Shown here: positions 25,084-33,928 of the stretch, piece by piece
Layout: each line of letters starts with the position of its first letter
How positions within the stretch are numbered: position 1 is the stretch's first letter
Source of the DNA: Verrucomicrobiaceae bacterium
GTDB taxonomy: Bacteria > Verrucomicrobiota > Verrucomicrobiia > Verrucomicrobiales > Verrucomicrobiaceae
Direction: 5' to 3'
Assembly: GCA_947466075.1 (NCBI GenBank)
Contig: CANIBP010000007.1
Span: 9,272 to 73,271, forward strand
Length of the DNA stretch: 64,000 nt
Program-made: the position numbers and the translations under genes
The notes under the pieces: generated by a model
Databases searched by the model: none
Seen by the model: the letters and a program-made list of their open reading frames with translations, nothing else
Told to the model about the DNA's origin: nothing

Positions 25084-25896
25084 TTATAGGTCATGCAAAT
25101 GACTCGCACGGGCAGCTGACGCCATCGCCATTGGTGCTGATGAGGAATTCAGCCGACGATATTCGCTCGGTGAGTAGCTCGTGACCGCCCGAAAGGCGCG
25201 TGTGAATGCGCTATGATCTGCAAATCCGCAATCGAGAGCGATCTGGGCAATCGAGGCATCGGTTTCGCGCAACAAGCGGCAGCCGACGGAGATGCGGGTC
25301 TTGGTGATTAATTGCATCGGACTGATACCGTGAATGCGCCTGATAATACGGGCAAAGCGCGCTGGGGGCATGCCAGCCTTTCGCGCAAGTGAGGAAGGGC
25401 TTACCGGATCGTCGTATGCGGTTTCGAGATAGCGTAGCACACGCGCAACTTCAGGCGAGACGTCCTCTCGGCTCACAGGGGCAACCAAGTCTTTGGAAAT
25501 ACCGATAAGGCCCGTCACTTGGCCGCGTGCATCGCGGATGGGCAACTTGCTGGTAAGGCCCCACACCGGCACGTTCGGCCTGCGCCAGAAAAGCTCCAGT
25601 CGCTCCACAATGGGCTGACCTGTGCGCAGCACCTGGGCATCCTGCTCCGTGGGGATGCGTCCGTAGTCTCCGGGGCAGACATCGCAGGGCCTTCTACCAA
25701 TCATTTGCGCCTTGTCTTTGAGACCGTGCCGCTCCACGAGAGATTGATTTACCAAGAGGTAACGTCCTGATGCATCCTTGATGAAAAAAGCCGTATCGTG
25801 CATCAGATCGGCAACCTGCTCGATGAGACGTGCGTCCATGAGCAGCGCTCCTTGCTTGGAAAGGAGACCTGAAAATACTGGAATGGCTTTTTTCAT
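25084..25896 (-). CDS. AraC-family transcriptional regulator with N-terminal PAS domain (paralog of 11989-12711)
   Basis: DTAFFIKDASGRYLLVNQSL...LIGISKDL is collinear with the first regulator. C-terminal HTH_AraC (GFADHSAFTRAFRAVTSYSPSEYR). Confidence 0.85.
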   Translation of the reverse strand: MKKAIPVFSGLLSKQGALLMDARLIEQVADLMHDTAFFIKDASGRYLLVNQSLVERHGLKDKAQMIGRRPCDVCPGDYGRIPTEQDAQVLRTGQPIVERLELFWRRPNVPVWGLTSKLPIRDARGQVTGLIGISKDLVAPVSREDVSPEVARVLRYLETAYDDPVSPSSLARKAGMPPARFARIIRRIHGISPMQLITKTRISVGCRLLRETDASIAQIALDCGFADHSAFTRAFRAVTSYSPSEYRRLNSSSAPMAMASAARASHLHDL

Positions 25897-26030
25897 AGGG
25901 TACGGCTGCCAGATAGTTGGCGGCTTACTAGGCAGCTTCCAGTCGTTTCCTCATTGTGCGGCTTTTATCGGGTTCGGCGGCCAGAAATGACAAGACATCG
26001 AGGCTGCCCCTGCCCGATGATGCATGCATC

Positions 26031-27305
26031 ATGTTTAGGCCATTTCACACTCTCCTCGCCACATATTTCATGAGCATTGCCGCCTTGTCTGCCGACGATA
26101 TCACTGAACTGCAAAGCAAGGCCGCTAGCGGCGATGCGAAGGCCCAACTCGAACTCGCCATTCGCTACCGCGATGGCAAAGGCGTCACGAAAGACGATGC
26201 ACGGGCCATGGAGTTGGCACACAAAGCAGCGGATGCAGGGAATGCGGACGCAATGGACTTCGTCGGTTTTGCTCATCTCCGTGGTGCCGTGGTGAAGCGC
26301 AATCCTGAGATCGCCATCGCCTATTTTAAAGAGGCGGCGGCTGAATCGGCGCAGGCGGCTTTTAACCTCGGTCAATGTTACTTCGGTGCGCAAGGAACCG
26401 CGCAGGATTGCCCGAAGGCGCTCGAATGGTGGAAGAAGGCCGCGAAGATGGGCAACGGTCGAGCCGCAGCGAATGCGGCGATGGCCTATCGCTCCGGCGA
26501 AGGCGTCGAGCCTGATGCAGCTCTAGCTCGCCAACTCGCGGAGCGAGCGGCGGAGTTGAACGATCCCTCGGGTCTCGTGTTTCTTGGTGAACTGCAGTTT
26601 CAAGCCGGTGAACTCGATGCTGCGAAAGCCAACTGGACCAAAGCCTCCAAACTTTCGCCCACCACTGCCACAGGGCATCCAGCGCAACCTTCTGGCAATG
26701 CTTCTGCTCAAGAAGCCGCCGATCTTTTGAAGCTCATCGATTACCGCAAGCGCAAAGGCGAGCCGAGCAACTTCGCCTTCGTGCAAATGCCGCACATTCA
26801 GCAGGGCTACAACAACTGCGGCTCCACCGCCTGTGCCATCTTCGCCCGCTTTCACGGCAGCAAGATTGGTGGCTGGGATTTCAAGAAACTATGCCCATCG
26901 CCACTCGGCACCGGCACCGACTGGGGCCATCTGCTTGATGCCTCGAAAAAGATCGGGCAGAACTGGAAGCTCATCACCTTCACGCCTGATGATGACGGCT
27001 TCGTCAAAGCCACCGACATGCTGAAGAGCGAACTCGATGCCGGAAGGCCCGTGGTCGTGGACTTCAAATACATCGGCCCGCAGTTCCCCAACGGCAGCGC
27101 CGGCCACACGCTCAATGTCTGCGGCTACATCGCCAAAGACGATCTCTACATCCTTTGCAATCCCGCCGTTGCCACTCCTGGCATCCAACTCATCACCGCC
27201 GACGATTTGAAGAACTTCTGGCGCTCGGATCACTACGGTGCGCTCTCCAAAGGCGTGCTCTCGCGGCCAGCATTTGTCATCGATAAACCTATTCCAACAC
27301 CATGA
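26031..27305 (+). CDS. Sel1-repeat protein fused to a C-terminal papain-like (C39-like) cysteine peptidase domain
   Basis: Signal-like N-terminus. At least 4 Sel1 repeats (AQLELAIRYRDGKGVTKDDARAMELAHKAADAGNADAM...). The C-terminus has QQGYNNCGSTAC (a Gln 6 residues before the Cys, as in papain-like enzymes) and SAGHTLNVCGY. Confidence 0.75.
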   Translation: MFRPFHTLLATYFMSIAALSADDITELQSKAASGDAKAQLELAIRYRDGKGVTKDDARAMELAHKAADAGNADAMDFVGFAHLRGAVVKRNPEIAIAYFKEAAAESAQAAFNLGQCYFGAQGTAQDCPKALEWWKKAAKMGNGRAAANAAMAYRSGEGVEPDAALARQLAERAAELNDPSGLVFLGELQFQAGELDAAKANWTKASKLSPTTATGHPAQPSGNASAQEAADLLKLIDYRKRKGEPSNFAFVQMPHIQQGYNNCGSTACAIFARFHGSKIGGWDFKKLCPSPLGTGTDWGHLLDASKKIGQNWKLITFTPDDDGFVKATDMLKSELDAGRPVVVDFKYIGPQFPNGSAGHTLNVCGYIAKDDLYILCNPAVATPGIQLITADDLKNFWRSDHYGALSKGVLSRPAFVIDKPIPTP

Positions 27306-28501
27306 AACATCTGCGCTTCCTCTCGATTACCATTCTCCTACTTGCTACTCAGCTTCACGCGAAGCCGCTGCAAGTTTTCATCCTCGCAGGCCAATCCAAC
27401 ATGCAGGGCCATGCGAAGATCTCCACCTTCGAGCACATCGGCATGGACCCGGCGACGAAGCCGATGCTGGATGAGATGCAGAATGCGGATGGCACACCAA
27501 AGGTCTGCGACCGCGTGTGGATCTCGTCCATCGGCTGCGCGAAAGACGATACGACAGAGCAGACCGGAAAACTGACGGCTGGTCTTGGGGCCACGACCGA
27601 GAAAATCGGCCCCGAGTTCACCTTTGGCCTCTACATGCAGAAGTTCACGGACGCGCCCATTTTGCTCATCAAGACCGCGTGGGGTGGCAAGAGCCTGAAC
27701 ACTGACTTCCGCTCGCCGAGCGCTGGACCGTATGTGTTCAATGAAACGCAGCTCGCGCAGTTTCAAAAGCAGGGAAAAGACGTCGCGGCCATCAAAGCAG
27801 CGAAGGAAAAAGAGACCGGCGTGTATTACCGGCTCATGATCGAGCACGTGAAAAAAGTGCTCAGTGACCTCAAACGCGTGGTGCCGAGCTACGATGCGGC
27901 TCAGGGCTATGAACTCGCCGGTTTCGCCTGGCTTCAAGGCTGGAACGACATGGTGGATAGCGGAACCTATCCGAATCGCGACAAACCCGGCGGCTACGAT
28001 GCCTACAGCACCGCGTTGACCCACTTCATCCGCGATGTCCGCAGAGATCTGAACACGCCGAAGCTGCCTTTCGTCATCGGCGTCATAGGTGTCGGCGGCC
28101 CCACCTCCGAATACGGTCCCGATGAGCAGCGCTACAAATCGACGCACCAAAACATTCGCGATGCCATGGCCGCTCCAGCCGACTTGCCCGAGTTCAAAGG
28201 CAACGTCCTGGCCATTCGCACAGAGAAGTATTGGGATCGCGAGCTGAAGCTGGCCCGAGCCAAGGAGAACGAGGTCAAAGAGAAAGCCAAGAAACTCGCC
28301 AAGGAAGGTAAGATGAAGCCCGCGGAAGAAAGAGCCCTAGCAGACAAAATGCGCAACGAGATGCTAACCGAGCGCGAACGCCTCATCCTCGAAAAAGGCG
28401 TCTCCAACGCCGAGTTTCATTACCTCGGCTGCGCGAAGATCCTCGGTGGCATTGGCAAAGGCTTGGCTGAGGCAATGGCTGACCTATTGGCCAAAAAGTA
28501 A
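27302..28501 (+). CDS. sialate O-acetylesterase-like (SASA/SGNH) carbohydrate esterase
   Basis: ATGA overlap with the upstream gene. Signal peptide. QVFILAGQSNMQGH block I and WLQGWND. A Lys/Glu-rich helical C-terminus. Confidence 0.8.
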   Translation: MKHLRFLSITILLLATQLHAKPLQVFILAGQSNMQGHAKISTFEHIGMDPATKPMLDEMQNADGTPKVCDRVWISSIGCAKDDTTEQTGKLTAGLGATTEKIGPEFTFGLYMQKFTDAPILLIKTAWGGKSLNTDFRSPSAGPYVFNETQLAQFQKQGKDVAAIKAAKEKETGVYYRLMIEHVKKVLSDLKRVVPSYDAAQGYELAGFAWLQGWNDMVDSGTYPNRDKPGGYDAYSTALTHFIRDVRRDLNTPKLPFVIGVIGVGGPTSEYGPDEQRYKSTHQNIRDAMAAPADLPEFKGNVLAIRTEKYWDRELKLARAKENEVKEKAKKLAKEGKMKPAEERALADKMRNEMLTERERLILEKGVSNAEFHYLGCAKILGGIGKGLAEAMADLLAKK

Positions 28502-28519
28502 GTTTCAGATCACCACTCC

Positions 28520-31498
28520 ATGAAGTTTTTACTCGTCCTTAGTGCGCTTTTCTCCTTTGCGAACGCTCTTGCCGCGGCTCCTCTCCCCGGCTGGAAGCAC
28601 ACAGGCGTGGTCACAGTGCTCACCACGCCGGAGGGCGCGAATCTGCCTGCGGGCGCGGTGGTGGAGCAGTTTCCGCTGCTGGTGCGACTGAATCGTGATG
28701 GTTTTGATTTTTCTCAAGTAAAGCCAGACGGCGCGGATGTGCGCTTCACCACGAGCGATGGCAAGCCACTACCGCATCAGATTGATCATTGGGATGCCTC
28801 GCGTGGCACGGCGAGCATCTGGGTGCGTGTGCCGCGCCTTGAAGGCAACGCACGGCTGCCGCTGCATCTGCATTGGGGAAATGCGAGCGCTACGAGCATA
28901 TCAGACGCGAGCGCGGTCTTCAATGAGTCGAACGGCTACGTCGGTGTGTGGCACATGGATGGTGTGTTGGCGCCGGGCGAGACGCGCACGCAGTCCGCGC
29001 CGGGTGTGATCGGTGCTGCGCAGCATTTTGACGGCGAAGGCGGCATCAAGGTGGGGGACAAGCTCACGGGCTTTCCCACCGGGCACGAGGCGCACACCAC
29101 GGAATTGTGGTTTCGTGCGGAGCGTGCTGGCAGCAGCATGTTTGGCTGGGGAAACAGCCAGCCGCAGGGCAAGGTAGTCTTCCAATTGCGCGGTCCGCCG
29201 CACATTCGCATGGACTGTTGGTTCTCGGAGGCCAGCATCCATGGCGATGAAGTTTTGCGCCTGGGCGAGTGGCAGCACGCGGCCTTTGTGTATGAGAAAG
29301 GCAGCGCGCGACTCTACATCGACGGTGCGCCTGCCGGCAGTTCGACGCGCCCGGGCACGCCGATGAAGATAAGCAGTCCGGCCTCGCTGTGGATGGGCGG
29401 CTGGTTCAATGAGGAAGGCTTCTGCGGTGACATGGATGAGGTGCGCGTCTCCAAGGTGACGCGTTCCGCGGATTGGATTCGGCTGCAATACGAGAACCAA
29501 AAGCCGCTGCAGACGCTGGTGGGGCCGCTGATGCGTGCTGGCAGCGATTTCGCACTCACGCCGGAGAAGGCGGCGCTGGATGAAAATGGTCGCGCTAGTT
29601 TCAAGGCGCAGGCGGGAGGCGCGGAGAAGATTTACTGGTCACTCGTGCGCGAGGGACGCGAGCAAATCTTGGCGGTGGATCGTTTTGCGTTCGAGTTCGA
29701 TGCGGGGCGCGTGACAGGCGATCAATCGCTCACGCTGCGCTTCAAGGCCGTGCGTGCAGATGGTGTGAAGACTCGCGACATTCCGATCACGGTGCGCGAG
29801 ACGATACCAGATCCGGAGTTCACGCTGGAAGCGCCATCGAACTGGGATGGCCGCACGCCGCTGGATATCCGCCCGCGCCTTTACAATGCAGCAAAAGCCG
29901 GTGCAGTGCGCATGGAATGGCAGGCAGGGCCGTGTGCGGTAACCAAGGATGTTTTGCCCGATCGTCTGCGACTGCTCGCCGCGCAGAAAAACGGTCCACT
30001 AACCATCATGGCGACGCTGAGCAATGGCGGCGCGCCTGTTTCTCGCTCGGTGACGATTCAAGTCGCCCAGCCCACGAAACACACGTGGATCGAACGCGAG
30101 CCTGAGGACGATGAAAAGCCCGAGGAAGGCCAGTTTTATGGCCGAAACGACCGAAACGAGGCCACGCTGCATTATCGCGGCGTTTTGGCCAAAAAGGCCG
30201 CGGAGGTGTTTCTGCGTGTCTTTGCCGATGACAAGCCTTTCGCCGCTTTGAAGGCCAAACCGAACGCACAAGGCCGCTACGCGCTCGCGGCGACGTTGAC
30301 GGCAGGCTTAGTAAAGTATCGCGTCGAGTTCGGCACGCGTGATGGCGGCGCGGAGACAGTGCTCGACCGCGTGGGCGATCTCGTCTCTGGGGATGTGTTT
30401 CTGCTCGACGGCCAGTCAAACACCGAGGCACTCGATTTAAAGGAAGAGCGTTCCAAGCCGCGCGAGACGAATGAGTGGCTGCGCACCTACGGCGGTCCGA
30501 TGGGTCGCGATGACGGCGTCGCGTGGCTGCGGCAGAACTGGACTAGCAAAGGCCGTCCGAATCTTTGGAGTCGCGCGGTGTGGGCACCGAAAGAGCCTGA
30601 GTATCGCACCTTCATCGGCTGGTGGGGCATGGAACTCGGCAAGCGACTCGTCGAGAGCGAGAAGATGCCCGTTTGCATCATCAATTGCGCGCTCGGTGGC
30701 ACGCGCATCGACCAGCATCAACGCCACGCCGCCGATCCTGCGGATGTGAGCACGATTTACGGTCGCTGGCTCTGGCGTTTGCGTCAGGCACGTCTCACGC
30801 ATTGCGTGCGCGCGTTGATCTGGCATCAAGGCGAGAACGACCAACCGGCGGACAACCCACTGGGCCGTCCCGGTCATGAAATTTACGCGCCGCTGTTCCT
30901 TGAGATGGCCTCCGGCTGGCAACGCAATCTGCCGAATGCGCGGCGCTACTTCATGTTCCAAATCTGGCCGAACTCCTGCGCCATGGGTGGCGACAAAGGC
31001 GCGGGCGACCGGCTGCGCGAGGCCCAGCGCACGCTGCCGGAGCGCTTCGACAACCTGAGTATCCTCTCCACGCTCGGCATTCGTCCGCCGGGCGGCTGTC
31101 ATTATCCAAAGGAGGGCTACAACGAGTTCGCCCGCATGCTGCACCCGCTCATCGGGCGCGATCTGTATGGCCGCGATCCGGGCGTGCCCGTCACGCCGCC
31201 GAATCTTAAACGCGTCTCGTTTGCCAATGCCGAGAAGGACACACTCACGCTCGAGTTTGATCAAGGCGTGGTCTGGCTCGACTCGCTGTTGACGCAATTC
31301 TATCTCGATGGCGAGCCAGATCGCATCGCCAGTGGAAGCGCGAAGGGCAGCACGCTCACGCTTAAGCTCAAATCGCCCACCACCGCCAAAACCATCACCT
31401 ACCTCCAGGAGAAGAAATGGAGTCAGGACACTCTGCTGCTCGGTGAAAACGGTCTCGCAGCCCTCACCTTCTGTGAAGTGCCTATCGCCGCCCCTTAA
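28520..31498 (+). CDS. DUF2341 + LamG-like + C-terminal SASA-like esterase multidomain protein
   Basis: DUF2341-like VRFTTSDGKPLPHQIDHWDASRGTASIWVRVP. A concanavalin-like segment (MDEVRVSKVTRSADWI). C-terminal FLLDGQSNTEA and WHQGEND. Confidence 0.8.
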   Translation: MKFLLVLSALFSFANALAAAPLPGWKHTGVVTVLTTPEGANLPAGAVVEQFPLLVRLNRDGFDFSQVKPDGADVRFTTSDGKPLPHQIDHWDASRGTASIWVRVPRLEGNARLPLHLHWGNASATSISDASAVFNESNGYVGVWHMDGVLAPGETRTQSAPGVIGAAQHFDGEGGIKVGDKLTGFPTGHEAHTTELWFRAERAGSSMFGWGNSQPQGKVVFQLRGPPHIRMDCWFSEASIHGDEVLRLGEWQHAAFVYEKGSARLYIDGAPAGSSTRPGTPMKISSPASLWMGGWFNEEGFCGDMDEVRVSKVTRSADWIRLQYENQKPLQTLVGPLMRAGSDFALTPEKAALDENGRASFKAQAGGAEKIYWSLVREGREQILAVDRFAFEFDAGRVTGDQSLTLRFKAVRADGVKTRDIPITVRETIPDPEFTLEAPSNWDGRTPLDIRPRLYNAAKAGAVRMEWQAGPCAVTKDVLPDRLRLLAAQKNGPLTIMATLSNGGAPVSRSVTIQVAQPTKHTWIEREPEDDEKPEEGQFYGRNDRNEATLHYRGVLAKKAAEVFLRVFADDKPFAALKAKPNAQGRYALAATLTAGLVKYRVEFGTRDGGAETVLDRVGDLVSGDVFLLDGQSNTEALDLKEERSKPRETNEWLRTYGGPMGRDDGVAWLRQNWTSKGRPNLWSRAVWAPKEPEYRTFIGWWGMELGKRLVESEKMPVCIINCALGGTRIDQHQRHAADPADVSTIYGRWLWRLRQARLTHCVRALIWHQGENDQPADNPLGRPGHEIYAPLFLEMASGWQRNLPNARRYFMFQIWPNSCAMGGDKGAGDRLREAQRTLPERFDNLSILSTLGIRPPGGCHYPKEGYNEFARMLHPLIGRDLYGRDPGVPVTPPNLKRVSFANAEKDTLTLEFDQGVVWLDSLLTQFYLDGEPDRIASGSAKGSTLTLKLKSPTTAKTITYLQEKKWSQDTLLLGENGLAALTFCEVPIAAP

Positions 31499-31527
31499 CA
31501 TCTTTTGTAATCATTCCTCCACTCACC

Positions 31528-33927
31528 ATGAAACTCCGTCTCACTAGCGTCATCCTCATTCTCTCCACACTCGCCCATGGGGCTGGTAAGAGCGAATCAA
31601 CCGCACCACCCGATTTCACCCAAGGCGGCACCATCCCCAAGAATGCCAAGCACGACTGGAACCTCGGTGCCACCGGTGCTCGCGGTTGGATGTTTTGCGA
31701 TAAGATGGTGACGAGTGATGCGCGACAGATCGCGATCACGAAGGTCGAGAAAAACTCGCCAGCGGATGACATCCTTGCTGTGGGCGATGTCTTGCTCGGA
31801 GTGGGTGGGAAAGCGTTTTCATACGATCCACGCACCGAGCTTGGTAAGGCACTCACAGCAGCAGAAACGGAGGCTGGCAGCGGCAAGCTCGCACTCACTC
31901 GTTGGCGGGCGGGCAAGACGGAAGAGGTCGTTTTGAAGCTCCCTGTGCTTGGCAGTTACTCGGCGACGGCTCCCTTCGATTGCTCGAAGTCGAAGCGCAT
32001 TTTTGATCAAGGATGCAAAGCACTCGCGGTCCGCATGGCTCAACCAGCCTACAGCAAGAGTCATGATCCCATCGTGCGCTCGCTCAATGCACTCGCCTTG
32101 TTGGCCAGCGGCGATCCTGCTTATCTTCCGCTCATTAAAACCGAAGCTCAGTGGGCCGCAGACTTCTCTGCCGATAGCATGCAAACCTGGCACTATGGCT
32201 ACGTCATGATGCTGCTGTCCGAATATGTGATGGCGACGGGTGATGAGTCGGTGATGCCGGGCTTGAAGCGGCTCGCGCTGGAAGCGGCCACGGGGCAAAG
32301 CGCCGTCGGCTCCTGGGGCCATGGATTTGCAAAGCCCGATGGCAGACTCGGTGGTTACGGCATGATGAACTCTCCCGGCTTGCCGCTCACGATCTCGCTG
32401 GTCATGGCGCGTGCGGCAGGTGTGAAAGACCCTGCGGTGGATCTTGCCATCGAGCGCAGTGCTCGGCTGCTGCGCTTCTACATCGGCAAGGGAGCCATTC
32501 CCTATGGCGATCATCATCCCTGGATCGAAAATCATGATGACAATGGCAAATGCGGCATGGCCGCCGTCTTGTTCAACGTGCTCAATGAACCGAAGGGCGC
32601 GGAGTTCTTCTCGCGTATGAGCACCGCATCCCATGGCCCCGAGCGCGACACCGGACACACGGGGAACTTCTTCAACGTCCTCTGGTCCATGCCCGGCGTG
32701 GCGCTATCCGGCCCTCAAGCCACGGGCGCGTGGATGCAGGAGTTTGGCGCTTGGTATTTCGATCTCGCCAGGCAATGGGACGGCAGCTTTGTGCATCTAG
32801 GCCCACCGGAAAACGGCCGAGACAGCTACGCTGGTTGGGACTGCACCGGCAGCTACCTGCTGGCCTACGCGATGCCACTCAAAAAGATTTACCTTACCGG
32901 CAAACGCCCCAGCACCGCGCCGCAAATCGATGCAGCAACTGCTAGCTCGCTCATTCAAGATGGTCGCGGCTGGAATAACAAAGATCGCAACAGCGCTTAT
33001 GACCGAATGAGCATGGATCAGTTGCTTGAGCGTCTTGGCAATTGGTCGCCCATCGTCCGTGAACGCACCGCGATGGCCCTGGCTCGGCGCAAAGACACGC
33101 CCATGCCGCCGCTGCTCACCCTGCTCGATTCTCCGAGCCTCGAAGCCCGCTACGGTGCCTGTCAGGCCATCATTGCTCTCGGCGGTCGTGCCGCGCCAGC
33201 GGTCGATGCCTTGCGCAAATCGCTCACATCTCCCGATCTCTGGCTGCGCATCAAAGCCGCCGAAGCCCTCGCCAGCATCGGCAAGCCCGCCATGCAAACC
33301 GTGCCGCAGCTCCTCGAACTGCTCGCTCAAGTGGACATCAAGAATGATCCACGCGGCATGCAGCAGCGCTACCTCACCTTCGCGCTCTTTGAGAATCGTG
33401 AAGGCATGCTCAGCCGATCTCTGGACGGCGTGGATCGCGCGGCCCTCTACAAAGCCGTGCGTGCAGGGCTCACCAATCAAGATGGCCGCGCTCGCGGCAG
33501 CATCGGCTCCGTGTATCGCAATCTCTCCGCTGAAGACATCAAGCCGCTGCTACCCGCCATCCATCAAGCCATCATCGATCCCGCTCCCAGTGGCGAGATG
33601 TTTGCCGACGGTATCCGTGTGGAAGGCCTGGGCCTCCTCGCCAAGCACCACATCCAGGAAGGCATCAGTGCCCTCGTGAAATACACCCGCGATCAAAACC
33701 CTTGGGCGAGTCAAAACCGGACGCCGGAACTCATGAAGATCCTGCTCGCCTATGGCACACACGCGAAAGCAGTTATCCCCGAATTGGAAAAGCTCGCGCA
33801 TTACTTCGAGAAAGAGGAAAAGGACTTCCCCAAAAACCTCGGACTCCAGAAGGCCAACTCCGTCCGCGATACCATCAAGGCCATCGAATCGAGCACGGAG
33901 ACGCCGGAACTCATCCGACTCCAATAG
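31528..33927 (+). CDS. secreted PDZ-like / alpha-helical-barrel / HEAT-repeat protein of unknown function
   Basis: Signal peptide. PDFTQGGTIPKNAKHDWNLGATGARGW followed by a PDZ-like segment (ITKVEKNSPADDILAVGDVLLGVGG). C-terminal HEAT/PBS-lyase-like repeats (LEARYGACQAIIALGGRAAPAV, LWLRIKAAEALASIGKPA). Confidence 0.7.
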   Translation: MKLRLTSVILILSTLAHGAGKSESTAPPDFTQGGTIPKNAKHDWNLGATGARGWMFCDKMVTSDARQIAITKVEKNSPADDILAVGDVLLGVGGKAFSYDPRTELGKALTAAETEAGSGKLALTRWRAGKTEEVVLKLPVLGSYSATAPFDCSKSKRIFDQGCKALAVRMAQPAYSKSHDPIVRSLNALALLASGDPAYLPLIKTEAQWAADFSADSMQTWHYGYVMMLLSEYVMATGDESVMPGLKRLALEAATGQSAVGSWGHGFAKPDGRLGGYGMMNSPGLPLTISLVMARAAGVKDPAVDLAIERSARLLRFYIGKGAIPYGDHHPWIENHDDNGKCGMAAVLFNVLNEPKGAEFFSRMSTASHGPERDTGHTGNFFNVLWSMPGVALSGPQATGAWMQEFGAWYFDLARQWDGSFVHLGPPENGRDSYAGWDCTGSYLLAYAMPLKKIYLTGKRPSTAPQIDAATASSLIQDGRGWNNKDRNSAYDRMSMDQLLERLGNWSPIVRERTAMALARRKDTPMPPLLTLLDSPSLEARYGACQAIIALGGRAAPAVDALRKSLTSPDLWLRIKAAEALASIGKPAMQTVPQLLELLAQVDIKNDPRGMQQRYLTFALFENREGMLSRSLDGVDRAALYKAVRAGLTNQDGRARGSIGSVYRNLSAEDIKPLLPAIHQAIIDPAPSGEMFADGIRVEGLGLLAKHHIQEGISALVKYTRDQNPWASQNRTPELMKILLAYGTHAKAVIPELEKLAHYFEKEEKDFPKNLGLQKANSVRDTIKAIESSTETPELIRLQ

Positions 33928-33928
33928 C

